From contig NC_043006.1 of assembly GCF_006345805.1 (NCBI RefSeq), forward strand, positions 14,570,001 to 14,634,000: 64,000 nt of DNA, written 5' to 3'. Shown here one piece after another: positions 11,901 to 25,704 of this stretch. This DNA comes from Octopus sinensis (lineage: Eukaryota). How positions within the stretch are numbered: the first letter of the stretch is position 1; each line of letters starts with the position of its first letter. Under the pieces are notes generated by a model that searched no databases, was not told the DNA's origin, and saw only the letters and a program-made list of their open reading frames with translations. A program made the position numbers and the translations under genes.

Positions 11901-12963
11901 ATAAAAAAGAAAGCCATTGTCAAGCTCCCGAGCAAGCGAAGAAGTTGTGCCTTTAATACGTTTCCCAAGGATATTTATTGAGTGACGTAACTATAAATTA
12001 GATTCTTTATAACACTGCGTCTATTATTTATCATTATTACTATTATTATTATTATGAAGGAGGCATACAGTTTTGGGTTGATGGGGAAATAAGATGGTCT
12101 GTGACTTTTGTAACACACCTGAGGTCAGTGAAATAGCTTTAAGTGTGCATCGAATGGTGTCTGAGAAGCTCGCCAAGGAAATTCTTACTGTACAGGAGCC
12201 GCCATAGTACAACTACTAATAATAATTCCTTCTAATTTTGGTATCAGGCCTGCAGTTTTGAGGGGTGGGGGGTTAGTCGATGCGATCGACCCGTGTATCG
12301 GACTGGTACACCACCCTGAAGGGATAAAAATGCCAAGTTAAACCTCGAATAATATTTGTTTATTCTAATTTTATGCCCCTGTTGTTGTTCTGCAGTTAAT
12401 TTTCGACATGACTTTTTAACTGAAGGTGTGGTACGTTGAATGATTCGATTCCATTTCAATGCCATCCCGTTTACTAGGTTACTACGGCAGTGTGTGTTTG
12501 ACCGTTTAATTTTCCCCCTTTTCTATTTTAACAACTACTTCCTCATGTTTTTTAAGAAACGGTTTAGTTTCATTTTCACATCTAGCTTATATATATATTT
12601 TCTAGTCTTGTCCTGTCGAGGGAAGGAGGGAGGGAGAAAGAGTCCGGTCCATAGACGACTGTGTTGTGTGTGTATACTTCACCAATGAGGTGGCGCTAGC
12701 TACCATGATGTCATGTTTTTCATTTCAAGAGAGAGAGAGAGAAAAGAGAGAGCAACTAGCATTTTACTCGACTACTAAATACCAACTCCATGTAGTTTGT
12801 ACATTATAACAATCAGTCTAAACAATTCCAGTTGTTGGTGATCAGCCGTGAACTTGCTCAATGCTTCAAATCCTTTCAAAACGTCTCTCTTAGCTTTATA
12901 CCACTTCATATTATTCGCTCGACTTGACTACGATTGGCTCAATTCGATTTTCTTATATGATCG

Positions 12964-13345
<382 letters not shown>

Positions 13346-14254
13346 CTATATCTCTCTCCCCCCCTCTCTCTCTATATATAAGTATGTATGTATGTATGTA
13401 TGTATCTATTAAAGAAAATGGTTATCTCACTTAGTTTGTCAAACCCCCTCCCCCCTCGTTTGTTTCCTACAATTATTCTAATTGCAAGGGCAGTGCTTGT
13501 TAATGATTTTTTTCCAGTCGAAATCCATTTACGTACCAGTTATATATTGGTGTAGGTTTTCGTGAACCACTCCTCTATTCCTCAGGCACTAGCTTTGTGC
13601 CTAGTGAAGGGAATGGGTGGCGCTTGATAGGTTATCTTTATTGCTGTATTGTGTTGTAATACCCGTAGCACCTAACTGATAACCTGATTTCATTCAAATA
13701 TATATTTCCTCGAACTAGGACAGTGTTTGAGTTATATAGATATATACTTATATATTTTATGTTATAATACCTTCAAAATTACCATATTTATAACAGGGCT
13801 TGCTCGTTGTTTGAATGACTAATGTTATGAAATTATAAACTTTTTACCCCTGCTGCCCCGCAATTTCATTTTATCGGATTCTTTCGTCTGTCAACATTCG
13901 ACTGTCTTAGAACTTGGAGCATTTTCCAAGAAATGACGTGCTTTCGAATGAATCTTTGTTTAGTATTTTTGATAAATTATCATTATATGATCATTTCTAT
14001 TTTATCTATATATATATATATATATATATAATTGGCTGTTATTTGTTTAAACCTGGTGTGTATCTAACCGCAAAGCTTAAAGCTTAAATTGACTGAAATC
14101 TTGTTTGCACTTGTTTCCAATTCATGACATGACTTGTTAGCTATGGTGTGTGTGTGTGTATTATGATTTGTATTGTAAGCACCTCAAACTAAAGCAAAAA
14201 GCAATTAATAATATTTTCTCGCTTGCTAGGATGGCCTTTTGGTATAATTACAGA

Positions 14255-14770
14255 TTGGTGCCCCCTCCCCAGTTTTGACCCTTCACAGATTTTTGAAAAC
14301 TGCGTATTTTAAAGTGAAATTTTGCAGAAATACGTTTTCGAGCGTATAAAATAAAAAAGATAAAGGAAAAGGAATTTTTTTTCAGAAGGGGTTTCAAATC
14401 GTTCTTTCTCTTTGTTAACCACCAATTTCCGTAGCTTGGCCATTTGCTTTTTTGTTGTTTTTTTTTTTTTTTTTCATAATTATGTTTGAAATGTCGTATT
14501 ACGTAACTCACACACTCTCGAAAAGAGATTTTGTTGCAAAATGTCATTAAAAAATGTTTTTCAAAGAGACATAACAAAGTCAAGAGGGACGGAGAGATAT
14601 TCCGAAATATTCCGAAACTCCTACCCCACATCCTTTTATGCCTATCAACATAATTGTAATTTTCACCCTCGAAAATATATCCTTGTAAAATTTCATCAAA
14701 GAAATATAATACAATTTGCAAAATGTTAAGAGGGGGGGGGACAGTCTGTGTTGAGGTGGGGGGCACCATT
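14255..14770. mobile_element. Possible non-autonomous DNA transposon remnant
   Basis: Inverted motifs tggtgccccctcccc (~14256) and ggtggggggcacca (~14755-14768) bound a ~500-bp block. No TSD resolved. Confidence 0.35.
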
Positions 14771-15896
14771 CCGTAGTTATACCTTCCATTTCTCGAGTTT
14801 GTTTCATTTAAAAATGTTTCTAAATATGTTAGTCATTTATTGTACGTAAATCAACGAATAAAAACACTTGAGTTTTTTGAAGAGGTTTTTCCAGTGTCTA
14901 ATTTTACAAGCTGAATATCTTTGCCATAGATACAACTTGTGACAGGATTACGAACCATTGACCGACAACACGCTATTGACCTGATCAGCTCTCTCTCTCT
15001 TGCATAACTGCTCCTTGTTGAAGACAAACTATACAATGCACTTGGCTTTTTATACACCTTTTGCAGAGAGTCATGCATTAAAAAAAAACAAACAAAAAAG
15101 CCACATTTTATGATTCTCACTTGACTGCTCAACAAAGCACTAAATGCATTGAAATTTATGTTGCACTTACTTCCGACCTGTAAAAGTGTTCAGGTTTTGA
15201 AAGGACATTTTTCGACAAGTTGACAAGCTTGTCATTTACTGCGTACTTTAACGGCTCTGCCACTTATAAATTTCAATGAAGGAGTTTTATCTATTAATCA
15301 TTTGTTTGCCATAATTTCTTTTGTAAGGTATGAAATACTTCTTTTTGAATAAATGAAATGTTCACTTAACGATGGGTTCATATTATGAACTTGTCTTAGA
15401 TGCATCTCGATAGTTCCATGAGATGAATCGTGGTTAGAATAGGAGGCTCCTGATTCAGATAATATTTTGAGAAGATCTCGTACTAAAGACTCTAAATAAG
15501 CTAAGGTGTGTAGAATACTCCTGCATGCATAGATGTTTGCGGTATGAACCCATGACAGATTTTAACAGTCTAATAGTTTTCTGCTTTTCATTTAGATAAA
15601 TTTATTGGTACTCTCATTGCACACCAGTGCACATATTGTTGTTGCTTAGTGCCAAGTATTCCAACCATGACCATCCCATAGTTTTAGTGTTTCAATGTAC
15701 TTTTTGAATACGTCATCCAGTGTCATTTCTCTAAGAGAGAGAGCAATATGATTTGAGGAAGATTTAGTTGTTACTTCTAGCTAGGTGATTAACCATTTAG
15801 AGATTTTCTCATTGGCTCATCAATGGGCATGTAGGGATCAGAAGTAGCTTGAAATTTCAATAAATGTTGAACAGAAAAAAAAAATCTTAAGGCACT

Positions 15897-16120
15897 CATC
15901 ATCATTTAACGTCCACTTTCCATGCTAGCATGGGTTGGACGGTTTGACTGTGGGCTGGCGAACCAGATGGCTGCACCAGGCTCCAGTCTCCAGTCTTGAT
16001 CTGGCAGAGTTTCTACAGCTGGATGACCTTCCTAACGCCAACCACTCCGAGAGTGTAGTGGGTGCTTTTACGTGCTACCGGCATGAGGGCCAGTCAGGCG
16101 GTACTGACAACGACCTCGCT
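15897..16120 (-). mobile_element. (GAT)n-tailed RTE-type retroposon 3' end
   Basis: catcatcatttaacgtccactttccatgctagcatgggttggacg..., same family as 4455. Confidence 0.85.
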
Positions 16121-16197
16121 TGATTTTTATTATTTTTTTTACACATGCCAATAGTACAATCTGATGCAAATGTTAATCAGCAATTTTTTTATAGTTA

Positions 16198-16313
16198 AGT
16201 TGACCTGGCAATGTTTTGACTTGTGGAGGTTGACCAGGCAATGTTTTAACTTATGGAAGGTGATCAGGCAATATTTTTACTTGTGACAGTTGACTGGGCA
16301 ATGTTTTAAATTG
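16198..16313. repeat. Minisatellite, ~29-30 bp x4
   Basis: gttgacc(t/a)ggcaatgtttt(g/a)acttgtgga units. Confidence 0.85.
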
Positions 16314-16687
16314 CATCACTAGTAATTTCAAATTAGTGAATATCAGTTGTGAATTCCCCCAAAATGTATTACATATTAATTTGTATCTGAAATGCTTAGG
16401 ACAGAAAGCATTTCAGATGTTTCTCTTTGAATTTCACAATATGAGTGCAATTGATCTGATGAACATGCTTTTGTGGTAGCAGTCTTACTTTAATATAATA
16501 CCACAGGATTTCTTGCTCTGTGATATATGCATGCTGCTCTCACCCTCAATAAGTTCACACATTTTGACCATGTTACCTATGGGGCACTATTTCCACTGTG
16601 GGCCATATCATCATCATAATAATATCTGAATTGGGGACTGTTTCTTCTGTTTCACCATCTGTCATGTAATGAAAAATTGAAATGTCA

Positions 16688-17027
16688 TCTATATATATAA
16701 ACGGCAAAATGTCTGTGTGTGTGTCCTTTATACAAATCCACAATTTTTCAGTTAGAGAGCTCGCACTTTCAATGGTCATTCAAATCCATCCAAGGGTGGT
16801 TGTGCACATCTTTACATTTCCTCAGTCACCCCACAAAGCCATTAAAAAATCAATAGAAGTGACTTTTTTTGTGAATTTTCCATCCAAATGATATGCCAAT
16901 TGAATGCCAGCTAGCTGTATGTGATTGGTCGGAGATTTGGACAGTACTCGCGTGTATGTGTGCACACACGCAGCTGTATATGCATGCACTAGCATTATGA
17001 CCCGGTAATGCCGGGTCATAGTGCTAG
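16688..17027 (+). mobile_element. Non-autonomous Helitron, family A
   Basis: A|TCTATATATATAAA 5' end; 3' hairpin atgacccgg-taatg-ccgggtcat, then CTAG|T; inserted at AT with no TSD. Confidence 0.9.
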
Positions 17028-17049
17028 TTATCAATATTTATAGTGAAGA

Positions 17050-17290
17050 CACATGGGTTCAATTTTTGGATTGGGTGGTGTGTTATGTCCTTGAGCAAGG
17101 CACTTCATTTCATGTTGCTTCAGTTTGTTTATCTGGAAATGATTATTGGTGTAACTCTCTCTGGCTGTCATCTCCTGAATGTACCTCTGAGTCAAAGGGT
17201 GGGAGAGTGAAGAGAGTGTCTGTGTCTGCCCGTGACTAATTAGGAACTTAAAACAATTAGTAAAGCGTGGTACATGTTACTCAACCATAC
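17050..17290 (+). mobile_element. Decayed tRNA-derived SINE (CORE/V-like central domain)
   Basis: gtccttgagcaaggcactt domain; paralogous copy at 22415-22700. Confidence 0.6.
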
Positions 17291-17957
17291 TCATTTGTGG
17301 GTGACAGTTGGCTCGTTATTGATGTCAAAAACGTATCCATCATCTCCAGTGTTGACTGACTATAGTTTTTGCATATGTAAAGAGATCTAGTGACATCATC
17401 ATTGCATTTGGTTCATGGAATCCTTCAAATTCATCACCGAACATAGTACTATGTATGTCTAAGAGAGTTATTTGGTCCAATATATTGACAACTTTGTATG
17501 TGGTATCCTTTCATAGTAAATTCCTGTTAGAAGTCTTCCACACCTCTGCCTCTGTTCGTAACTGTCAGCATGTCATTCAAGAAACGGTACATCATCTAGA
17601 AATCTTTGAGTGATTTCTGGAATTTTCTTTTTGTGGTGCTTGTCTCAAAAATTTAGATTTTGGAGGTTTTGGATTTGGGAATTTTGGTTGGAGGATAATC
17701 AATCTGTACTGCCTTTATTTCATTAAAGTGTAATGCAGAGAGAAACACAAGTATTTTTGGCTCCCTTTGAATTAAAAAAAAAAAAGCAGCATTAATGAAT
17801 AGGTATCCAAATTTCAGAGCAAACCACTTTTCATGCTTTTTCTTAGGAAAATGAAATCTATGTAAAAAAAAGCAAAATATGAAATAAAGAATAATGGATG
17901 TCAGAAAATTTCAGTAGTTATTTAAACTGGCAATTGTCATATTTTTAGACAAAGCAT

Positions 17958-18248
17958 CACTGTGTGTTAAAAAGTTCAATTCTCAACCACATGATTTCAA
18001 GCAGGTTCAGTCCCATTGCGTGGTATCTTGGGCAAGTGTCTTCTGCTATAGCTCCATACCAACCAAAGCCTTGGATAGTTGTAAACGAGCATCTCTATCA
18101 TACAAGCAGTGGTGTCCGTTTCTAGTCTTTGATCAAAATTTGTCCAGGTGAGTGTTGCTGACTAGAAGGGTATCCAGCCATAAAAATTCTGTCGCATTGA
18201 GTTCTGGTGACCCATGCAAGCTAAGAAAAGTGATTGTTAAAACTATGA
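17958..18248 (+). mobile_element. tRNA-derived SINE, tail type B
   Basis: ggttcagtcccattgcgtggtatcttgggcaagtgtcttc head; tail ends like the RTE-type 3' end. Confidence 0.75.
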
Positions 18249-19381
18249 GGCTATCCTATTTTAATTTAAGATTTTCCATTCCCTACTTCTTGATAGCATA
18301 TTAAAGTCATTTCCATATTCAATGTAAATCTACAAATTTGTTTAGAAAGAAATTTTAAATTCAGTTTATCATTATCCACAGCCAGTTGCCCTTCTTGTTA
18401 CCAAGCTCGCTTGTTTCCAATCAAGCTGACATTTCCCCATAGCCTGTGACACTCAACAACTATCATGTGATGTCAAGATGTGACGCATCCAAGCACACAC
18501 ACACACATACATGATTGGCTTCTTTCAGTTTCCATCTACCAGATCCATTCACAAGGCCTGGGTTAAAGTAGAAAACATTTGTCCTAAGTGCAATGCTGTG
18601 GAACTGAATGCGAAACTGTGTTTGGGAAACAAAAACTTCTTAATGACACAAGCCATGTCTGTGCCTTTAATGAAAAATTCTGAATCTAAAATCTTGTGAT
18701 AATTTCTGAACATTTTACCAGGTTTATTTATTTCTAGGACACAAGTTTAAAAAAATTTTTTTTTATCTCTAACGGGAAGTACTTTTTGCACATCATAATT
18801 GAACACTAAAAGCTTTGTTCATTATTGGTAGCAATGATAATTACGGAGGAAGTTTGTAATATTAATGTTGTTTCCCTTCTGTTTATTCATTATTTATGAA
18901 TAGAGTTGATGCAACAGCGACCGTACTTCAGCTTCCAATAGACAAAGGATTTGAGTTCATTCGTCCTCTCCTGGAAAAGGCAATTCTAATCAAAGTAAAT
19001 CTGATTCTGTGGTAAATAACTTTAAAATAAGCATATGTTGTTCAGTTAATTTTTAATTTATGTAGGAAGACTATTTATTAAAATCAGAGATGATAATTTA
19101 TGGCATTTTTTGTTTTAATATCAGACAAAAAGAAACTATTCTAAAAAAAATTCATAATTATTAAGAATATTTTTTTAAGTTTGTTTGACCAGACAAAAAT
19201 ATTAAACTAGTTACCAGGATGTCTAATTTTAATACAATGTTTCTACATAATTTGAAATTAAGCGTTAAATACATTTAACTATTCTCCATAGAACTTGTTT
19301 TTGTTTGAGAAAGTCCAAACACTATTTTTAGCTGAATGTTTACATAATCGTATAAAAAATGGGAATTATATTAATATTTTA

Positions 19382-19616
19382 CTTATTTCTTTACTACCCA
19401 CAAGGGGCTAAACACAGAGGGGACAAACAAGGAAAGACAAATGTGTTAAGTCGATTACATCGACCCCAGTGTGTAACTGGTACTTAATTTATCGACCGCG
19501 AAAGGATGAAAAGCAAAGTCGACCTCGGCGGAATTTGAACTCAGAACGTAACGGCAGACGAAATACGGCTACGCATTTCGCCCGGCGTGCTAACGTTTCT
19601 GCCAGCTCGCCGCCTT
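19382..19616 (-). mobile_element. Young tRNA-derived SINE (Octopus OK/OR-like)
   Basis: Minus strand: aaggcggcgagctggcagaaacgttagc...gagttcaaattccgccgaggtcgac (A/B boxes)...gtaaagaaata. Near-identical to 41041 and 63240. Confidence 0.9.
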
Positions 19617-19737
19617 AGTATTTTAGTTACTGCAGCAGATTAATTAACTTTGTAATTAACATTGAGAGGTAATAATCTTGAGAAAGTTCAACTTAGAAAT
19701 GGTTTCTGAATTGTCTCCTGGATTGTCCAGAGAATAT

Positions 19738-20260
19738 TCATCATCATTTAATGTCCGTTTTCCATGCTAGCATGGGTTGGACGGTTCGACCGGGGTCTGG
19801 GAAGCCAGAAGGCTGCACCAGGCTCCAGTCTAATCTGGCAGTGTTTCTACAGCTGGATGCCCTTCCTAACGTCAACCACTCTGTGAGCGTAGTGGGTGCT
19901 TTTTACGTGCCACCGGCGCAGGTGCCAGGCTAGGCTAGCAGTGGCCACAACCGATTGGTGCTTTTTACGTGCCACCGGCACGGAAGCTAGTCAGGTGGCG
20001 CTGGCATTGGCCATGTTCGGATGGTGCTTTTTACGTGCCACTGGCACAGGGATTACAACTACAATTTCCATTGATTTTTGATGCTGATTTACTTGACTCA
20101 ATAGGTCTCCTCAAGCACAGGGTCGAAACAGTGTTTCTTTACTTGCCACCTGCACAGGAGTCAGTCCAGTGGCACTGGCAATGGTTGGGTGCCAGTCATA
20201 GGATTGGTTCAATTTCAATTCTGATTTCACTTGCCCCAACAGGTCTTCGGAAGCAATGGT
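19738..20260 (-). mobile_element. (GAT)n-tailed RTE-type 3'UTR with internal tandem repeats
   Basis: Tail as at 4455, plus repeated ggtgctttttacgtgccaccggc units. Confidence 0.85.
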
Positions 20261-20329
20261 AATTTCTGTGGTTACATTTACAAAGTGAGCTCTGTAGCAT
20301 CATTACTTGAATAATTTAAGTTGTTGCCT

Positions 20330-20692
20330 ACCATCAAAAAAGTTTGTGTCTCAACCACATAGTTTCAGGTTCAGTCCTACTCTGGCACCTTGGTTAAGTG
20401 TCTTTCACTATAGGCCCAGGCTGTCCAAAGCCTTAAGAGTGGATTTGTTAGGCAGAAACAGGAACAAGCCTGTTGTGTGTATTTATCTTTGATATCACCG
20501 GATATACTTGTAGTGTCATTTGCTTCCAGTCCTCCATAAAAATGTGGTTGGCGATGAGAAAATATCACCTTACTTGAAAACAGGTGAGGATTGGCAACAG
20601 GAATGACATCTGGTTTTGGAAACTCTGCATCAATAAAACCCATCTGACCCACACAAACATGGAAAAGTGGGTGCTAAATAATGATAACGATG
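20330..20692 (+). mobile_element. tRNA-derived SINE, tail type B
   Basis: Homologous to 32138-32543. Confidence 0.75.
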
Positions 20693-21406
20693 AAATAGCC
20701 TTACTTTTGTAAAGTGAAGACACGAACATATTATTAACATCTATAAATATTAGTATTGCCTCTTTTCATTCCCTATTGCAAAGTTGTCTCTATTCTGACA
20801 ATAAGTTTTCTCTAGGCCTCGTTCTTTTTGATGTTTTCGTTTCTTTTTAGGCTAATTTTGCTGAAAGTCAGGTGATTGCATAAGTGTGTAAGAGATAGGT
20901 ATATGTAGCTAGTTACAGTTTCTTGTGACCTGCTACTGCTTTAAAGAAATTTATCATAGCAATGCTATCAGATGATTCTGTATATTCCCCCTCTATTCCC
21001 CCCAGTAAGAAACCGTATGAAATTTTGTAATATTAAGGCTCAGTTGAATGTATCCACATCTTGTGTAGTGTGTATATTGCTGGTTTTGTTTGCCCACCGA
21101 ATACCAGGAAGGATGTGTTGCTGTTAGCAATGGAAAGAATCCCGTTTTACAACCTTGTTTCTTGTCAAACCTGCATTGTAAAACAGCAGCAGAGGTCATA
21201 GGATTTGCATTGTCAATTTTCAGGTAGAGCTATGCTTATGAGTTTACATTTCAGTCATAGAGACCATGTGAATTTGAATACAGCTACTGCTGGCTTTTAC
21301 CTTCCTGTTATATGGCTGGTCTTGTGAAAAGAGATTCAGTTTTGTTGTGTCGTCTCCATTTCTTATGTATTCATTACAGCTGTTGGTGGTAAATTTCATA
21401 TTCCTT

Positions 21407-21560
21407 CATCATCATCATCATCATCGTTTAGCGTCCGTTTTCCATGCTAGCATGGGTTGGACGGTTCTACTGGGGTCTGTGAAGCCAGAAGGCTTCATCA
21501 GGCCCAGTCAAATCTGGCAGTGTTTCTACGGCTGGATGCCCTTCCTAACGCCAACCACTC
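21407..21560 (-). mobile_element. (GAT)n-tailed RTE-type 3' end, truncated
   Basis: Same family as 4455. Confidence 0.85.
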
Positions 21561-21835
21561 CTTGTCTTTTTCAAATAGGAACCGTTTTGTGAATGCCCCT
21601 GCAGTGGCCTCTTTCACAGTGTGTAAAATTCTTTCCATTGTTATCATTTCGAACTAAGTTAAAACTTAGAATAGTATGTTGCAAAGTTAAATTTACAATA
21701 GTTATATTTATCTCCACTTAAAAGGCAACTTATTTTAGCAACTTAATAATTTTCACCAAAATATAAGCAAATGTTTACCTGTATTTTTGTCTAGATATTC
21801 ACCGGTTGAATTGGGTAACTCAGAAATATTTCAGA

Positions 21836-22180
21836 CTAGCACTATGACCCAGCAACGCCTGGTCATAGTGCTAGTGCATGCATATATAGCTGCATGCGTG
21901 CGCACATACACGCGAGTACTGTCCAAATCTCCGACCAATCACATACAGCTAGCTGGCATTCAATTGGGTTTTGGATAGAAACTTCACAAAAGAGTCACTT
22001 CTATTGATTTTTTTAATGGCTTTGCGGGGTGACTGGGGAAATGTAAAGATGTGCACGACCACCCTTGGACGGTTTTGAATGACCACATAAAGTGCGAGCC
22101 CTCTAACTGAAAAATTGTGGATTTGTATAAAGGACACACACACAGACAGACCTTTTGCCATTTATATATATATAGAGAGA
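21836..22180 (-). mobile_element. Non-autonomous Helitron, family A
   Basis: Reverse-complement copy of 16688-17027 with CTAG end and subterminal hairpin. Confidence 0.9.
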
Positions 22181-22414
22181 TTATCTTACACTTGAAAACA
22201 TTGATACACATCTCATTTATTTATTTATTTGCATTGTTGTCTTTCTATTGTTATTTTATAGATGTAGTACTGTTTTTTTAATGATGACACTACAAGTTTG
22301 GGCACTTGAGATTCAAATTCAGAGCACCGATACCTAATTGGTCTTTACCTAAATGAAAATTATCCATTATATGTCTATGTGGATCAGAGACAAAACAGTT
22401 ACTATTGATTATAT

Positions 22415-22700
22415 CAGGCCTAGTGGTTAGTATATTTGGGTTAAAATCATAAGGTCATGGGTCTGATTCCTGCACTGGACAACATTTTGTGTCTTTGAGC
22501 AAGGCACTTCCTATCTTGTTACTCCAGTCTACTCAGCTGAAAATGAGCATTGACCTAGTGTTGGTGTAACTGTCTCCTTCCAGCTGTCACATTGGGTGAA
22601 GTGGAGAGAGTCAAGAGGGTATCTATATCTGTTTGTAACTAAAAGGTGCTTTACACAATTAGTGAAAGCATGGTACATGTTACTAGGTCATACTTTGAAG
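22415..22700 (+). mobile_element. Decayed tRNA-derived SINE (CORE/V-like)
   Basis: Homologous to 17050-17290. Confidence 0.6.
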
Positions 22701-22820
22701 GTTATGGTTTTATGGGCATTAAGCTAAACATAAGCCAAAGAAGAATTATAATAAAATTTAACAAAATAAAACATTTTAAATATTTCAATTTTTCAACACT
22801 TATTTTTAAGTGAACTGTAA

Positions 22821-23295
22821 TCATCATCATCGTAGTTTAATGTCCGCTTTCCATGCTGGCATGGGTTGGACGGTTTGACTGAGGACTGGCAAGCCAGAAG
22901 GCCGCACCAGTCTCCAATCTGATCTAGCAAAGTTTCTACAGTTGGATACCCTTCCTAACGCAAACCACTCTGAAAGTGTAGTGGGTGCTTTTACGTGCCA
23001 CTGGCACGAAGACCAGTCAGGTGGTTCCGGCAGTGACTGTGCTCAAAAGGTATTTTTTACATGCTACTTGCACAGGGGCCAGTCTGGCAGCACTGGCACT
23101 GACCATGCTCGAATGTTGTGTTTCATGTGCCAGTAAGGTGATGCTGGCAACGATCACACTCGAATGGTGCTTTTTACGTGCCACTAGCATGGTGGGGGCC
23201 AATCAGCAGCCCTGGCAACGATCATGCTCAGATAGTGCTTTTAACATTCCACTGGCATGAGTGCCAATCAGGCAATACTGTCATCGGCCACGTCA
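22821..23295 (-). mobile_element. (GAT)n-tailed RTE-type 3'UTR with internal tandem repeats
   Basis: Same family as 19738. Confidence 0.85.
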
Positions 23296-23440
23296 GCAAG
23301 ATTTTCTTAAACAAAATTTATAAAGAAATCTGTTTTTCTTTTAATAAAATGTTCCATTATTAATTTTATGGCTATTGGTTTAAAGTCTGTTATAGTGCGT
23401 TATATGCTTAATTGAAAAATAGTTCTTTCCCATTTTGTAT

Positions 23441-23825
23441 TACTCTTTTACTCTTTTATTTGTTTCAGTCATATGACTGTGTGGCCATGCTGGAGCACCG
23501 CCTTTAATCAAGCAAATTGACCCCAGGACTTATTCTTTGTAAGCCTAGTACTTATTCTATCGGTCTCTTTTGCTGAACCGCTAAGTTACGGGGACATAAA
23601 CACCAGCATCGGTTGTCAAGCAATGTTGGGGGGGATGAACACAGACATGCAAACATACATACATATATACGATGGGCTTCTTTCAGTTTCCGTCTACCAA
23701 ATCCACTCACAAGGCTTTGGTCGGCCCGAGGCTATAGTAGAAGACACTTGCCCAAGGTGCCACGCAGTGGGACTGAACCCGGAACCATGTGGTTTGTAAG
23801 CAAGCTACTTACCACACAGCCACTC
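23441..23825 (-). mobile_element. tRNA-derived SINE, tail type A ((GAGTAAAA)n end)
   Basis: Head gagtggctgtgtggtaag...gggttcagtccc, CORE-like gcaccttgggcaagtgtctt, central microsatellite, tail gactgaaacaa...aaaagagta. Confidence 0.9.
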
Positions 23826-25704
23826 AAAGAAGGATCTTAAATTATAATGATTAGATCTAGTAGCTTAATATGCAAATTTGTGGACATATTTGCATCTTAC
23901 TTGGATGAACTTTGGTGAATCATTCAGCTTTTCCAGTGGAATCTCTGGCACTGCCCAGATCAGACACAATTTGAAATCAGTCTACATTCCATTAATAAAG
24001 ACTGTTAGACAGTTGCTGATCAGTGAAAGATTTGTTTCAATAACTTGCCATGTTTTCAGTTGTCTGTCAATGGTGGTGATGTCAACCTAAATATGAAGTT
24101 CATTGTCAACAGCGTTGAAGCTTTCTGGAGTATCTAAACATTCAAGGCTGCCAAATCTGCAAAGTTGTTAGGTTCGGATTTGCAACGACTGTAGTGTACA
24201 GAGTAATGTTTTTGAAGATAATATATCTACACCCATTCAATGAGGCATACATCTGGCATGCTTCTCAAACATTAATCACTGAACACTCAGACACCTTTGG
24301 CTCATGCACGTCTGCTTTAAATAGTTTTAGAGAAGACTTGAGAGTAAGCCAGCTCTTACATCGCATGGAATTTTGTGGATCGTATAATTTCCTTTTGGGA
24401 CTGCTAATCTGGACATCAAACTCATATGAAGTTTGTACTTATCAGCCTTGTTCTTTGATTGGCTGGTGGGAATTAAAAGCCCAAGTAAATGAACTCACTT
24501 AATGCAGTTGTATGCCAAGTGAGGACATTTTACTTGGCTTGTAAAATTAACTGATAATACTTTGATTATTATGGTAAAATTTAACTTTTAGACAAACCCA
24601 CTTTGAAGCATCCACAAGTGTATTCAATATGATTTAATGATCAAATTCCGTTGCACAGAATTTCCGCAGGCGTGATGTGGGTTATTTCAAAGTAGGGCAT
24701 AAGTGACAAAGAAATAAAACTTGCAATAAAATTCCAATTAAGACTTGGATACATAAGGTACAACAGGAAAACCTACTCTTGTTGCTTTGATATTTATTGG
24801 TTAATGAAGCTAGGTAAATAGCAACAATGCAGCTAATGTTTTACAGTTTTTCATTTTCCAGTTACCATTGTGGTTTTTGACTGGTGCACATTGTGCATTT
24901 GGTTTTTAAATGTTTGTGAGCTTGTAAAATGTGGGAGGTTTTTGCCACTCCTTGTATATCTGTTGTTGTGTACTTTGTCCATTCATGGTTGGGTGTACAG
25001 ATTTTTTTTCTTTTTTTTTGTTTGAAAATTGAAGTTGGGTGTGGGACTAAAATGAATTTAAGGAACACTGGTCAATGAGAGCAGTAGACAACAACTTGTA
25101 AATCACACAATTGGTCAAGATTGGGAGAGTGCGCATTTTTTATCTAACGCCACTTATCTCAAATAATATACCTTCTTTCTGTGCTGCATTGTCTGGGTGG
25201 TAGAGAGGCTCAACTTGAGGATGTTTAGGTTTGATATAAATAATTTTGTCTGTGCAGAGGTACCTATAAGTATTGGCATGTGCTGCTTAGTTCACAAAAT
25301 TACACAGTGCAGACATATCCTGTATGGAGATTTTGGTCAGCATCAGCAAAGAATTCTGGACAGCTGTAGTTTGCTTGTGAAGACATTAAGCTTTCACAGT
25401 TCTCTTATGTATCTGAAGAGACAATTAATGAAGACATAGAAAGAGGAGAAAAAATATAAATTTACAGAAAAGTTGGATTCTGAATTTACACTCATCAACA
25501 TCATCATTACCATTTAAATGTCCAAATTGGCATGTGTTGAATGGATTGAAAAGATCTGATGGGTCCAAGGCTTTCATTGTGCTCCCGTCTACTTCAGATT
25601 GCATATCAAGCTAATGATAAAATAAACTTTTTTTTAAACTATGTTATGGTTAATATTCTTAAATGACTTAACCACAACCTAACTTACAATAAATTGATTG
25701 GATG

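Larger units (their letters stand above)
5500..12800. promoter_or_regulatory. CpG-rich, promoter-like / 5'-gene region
   Basis: CpG is visibly more frequent than beyond ~15.4 kb and full SINE copies are scarce. YY1-like GCGGCCATATTG at 7749-7760, ETS-like ACTTCCGG at 9796-9803, donor-like GAG|GTAAGC at ~6895. Confidence 0.4.

Noticed and set aside
14851-15300. hAT transposase dimerisation-domain remnant on the minus strand
   Set aside because: Only a vague resemblance and key residues are absent; needs an HMM search.
19500-19616. tRNA gene
   Set aside because: The A/B boxes belong to a SINE head; no complete cloverleaf, and it continues into SINE body.
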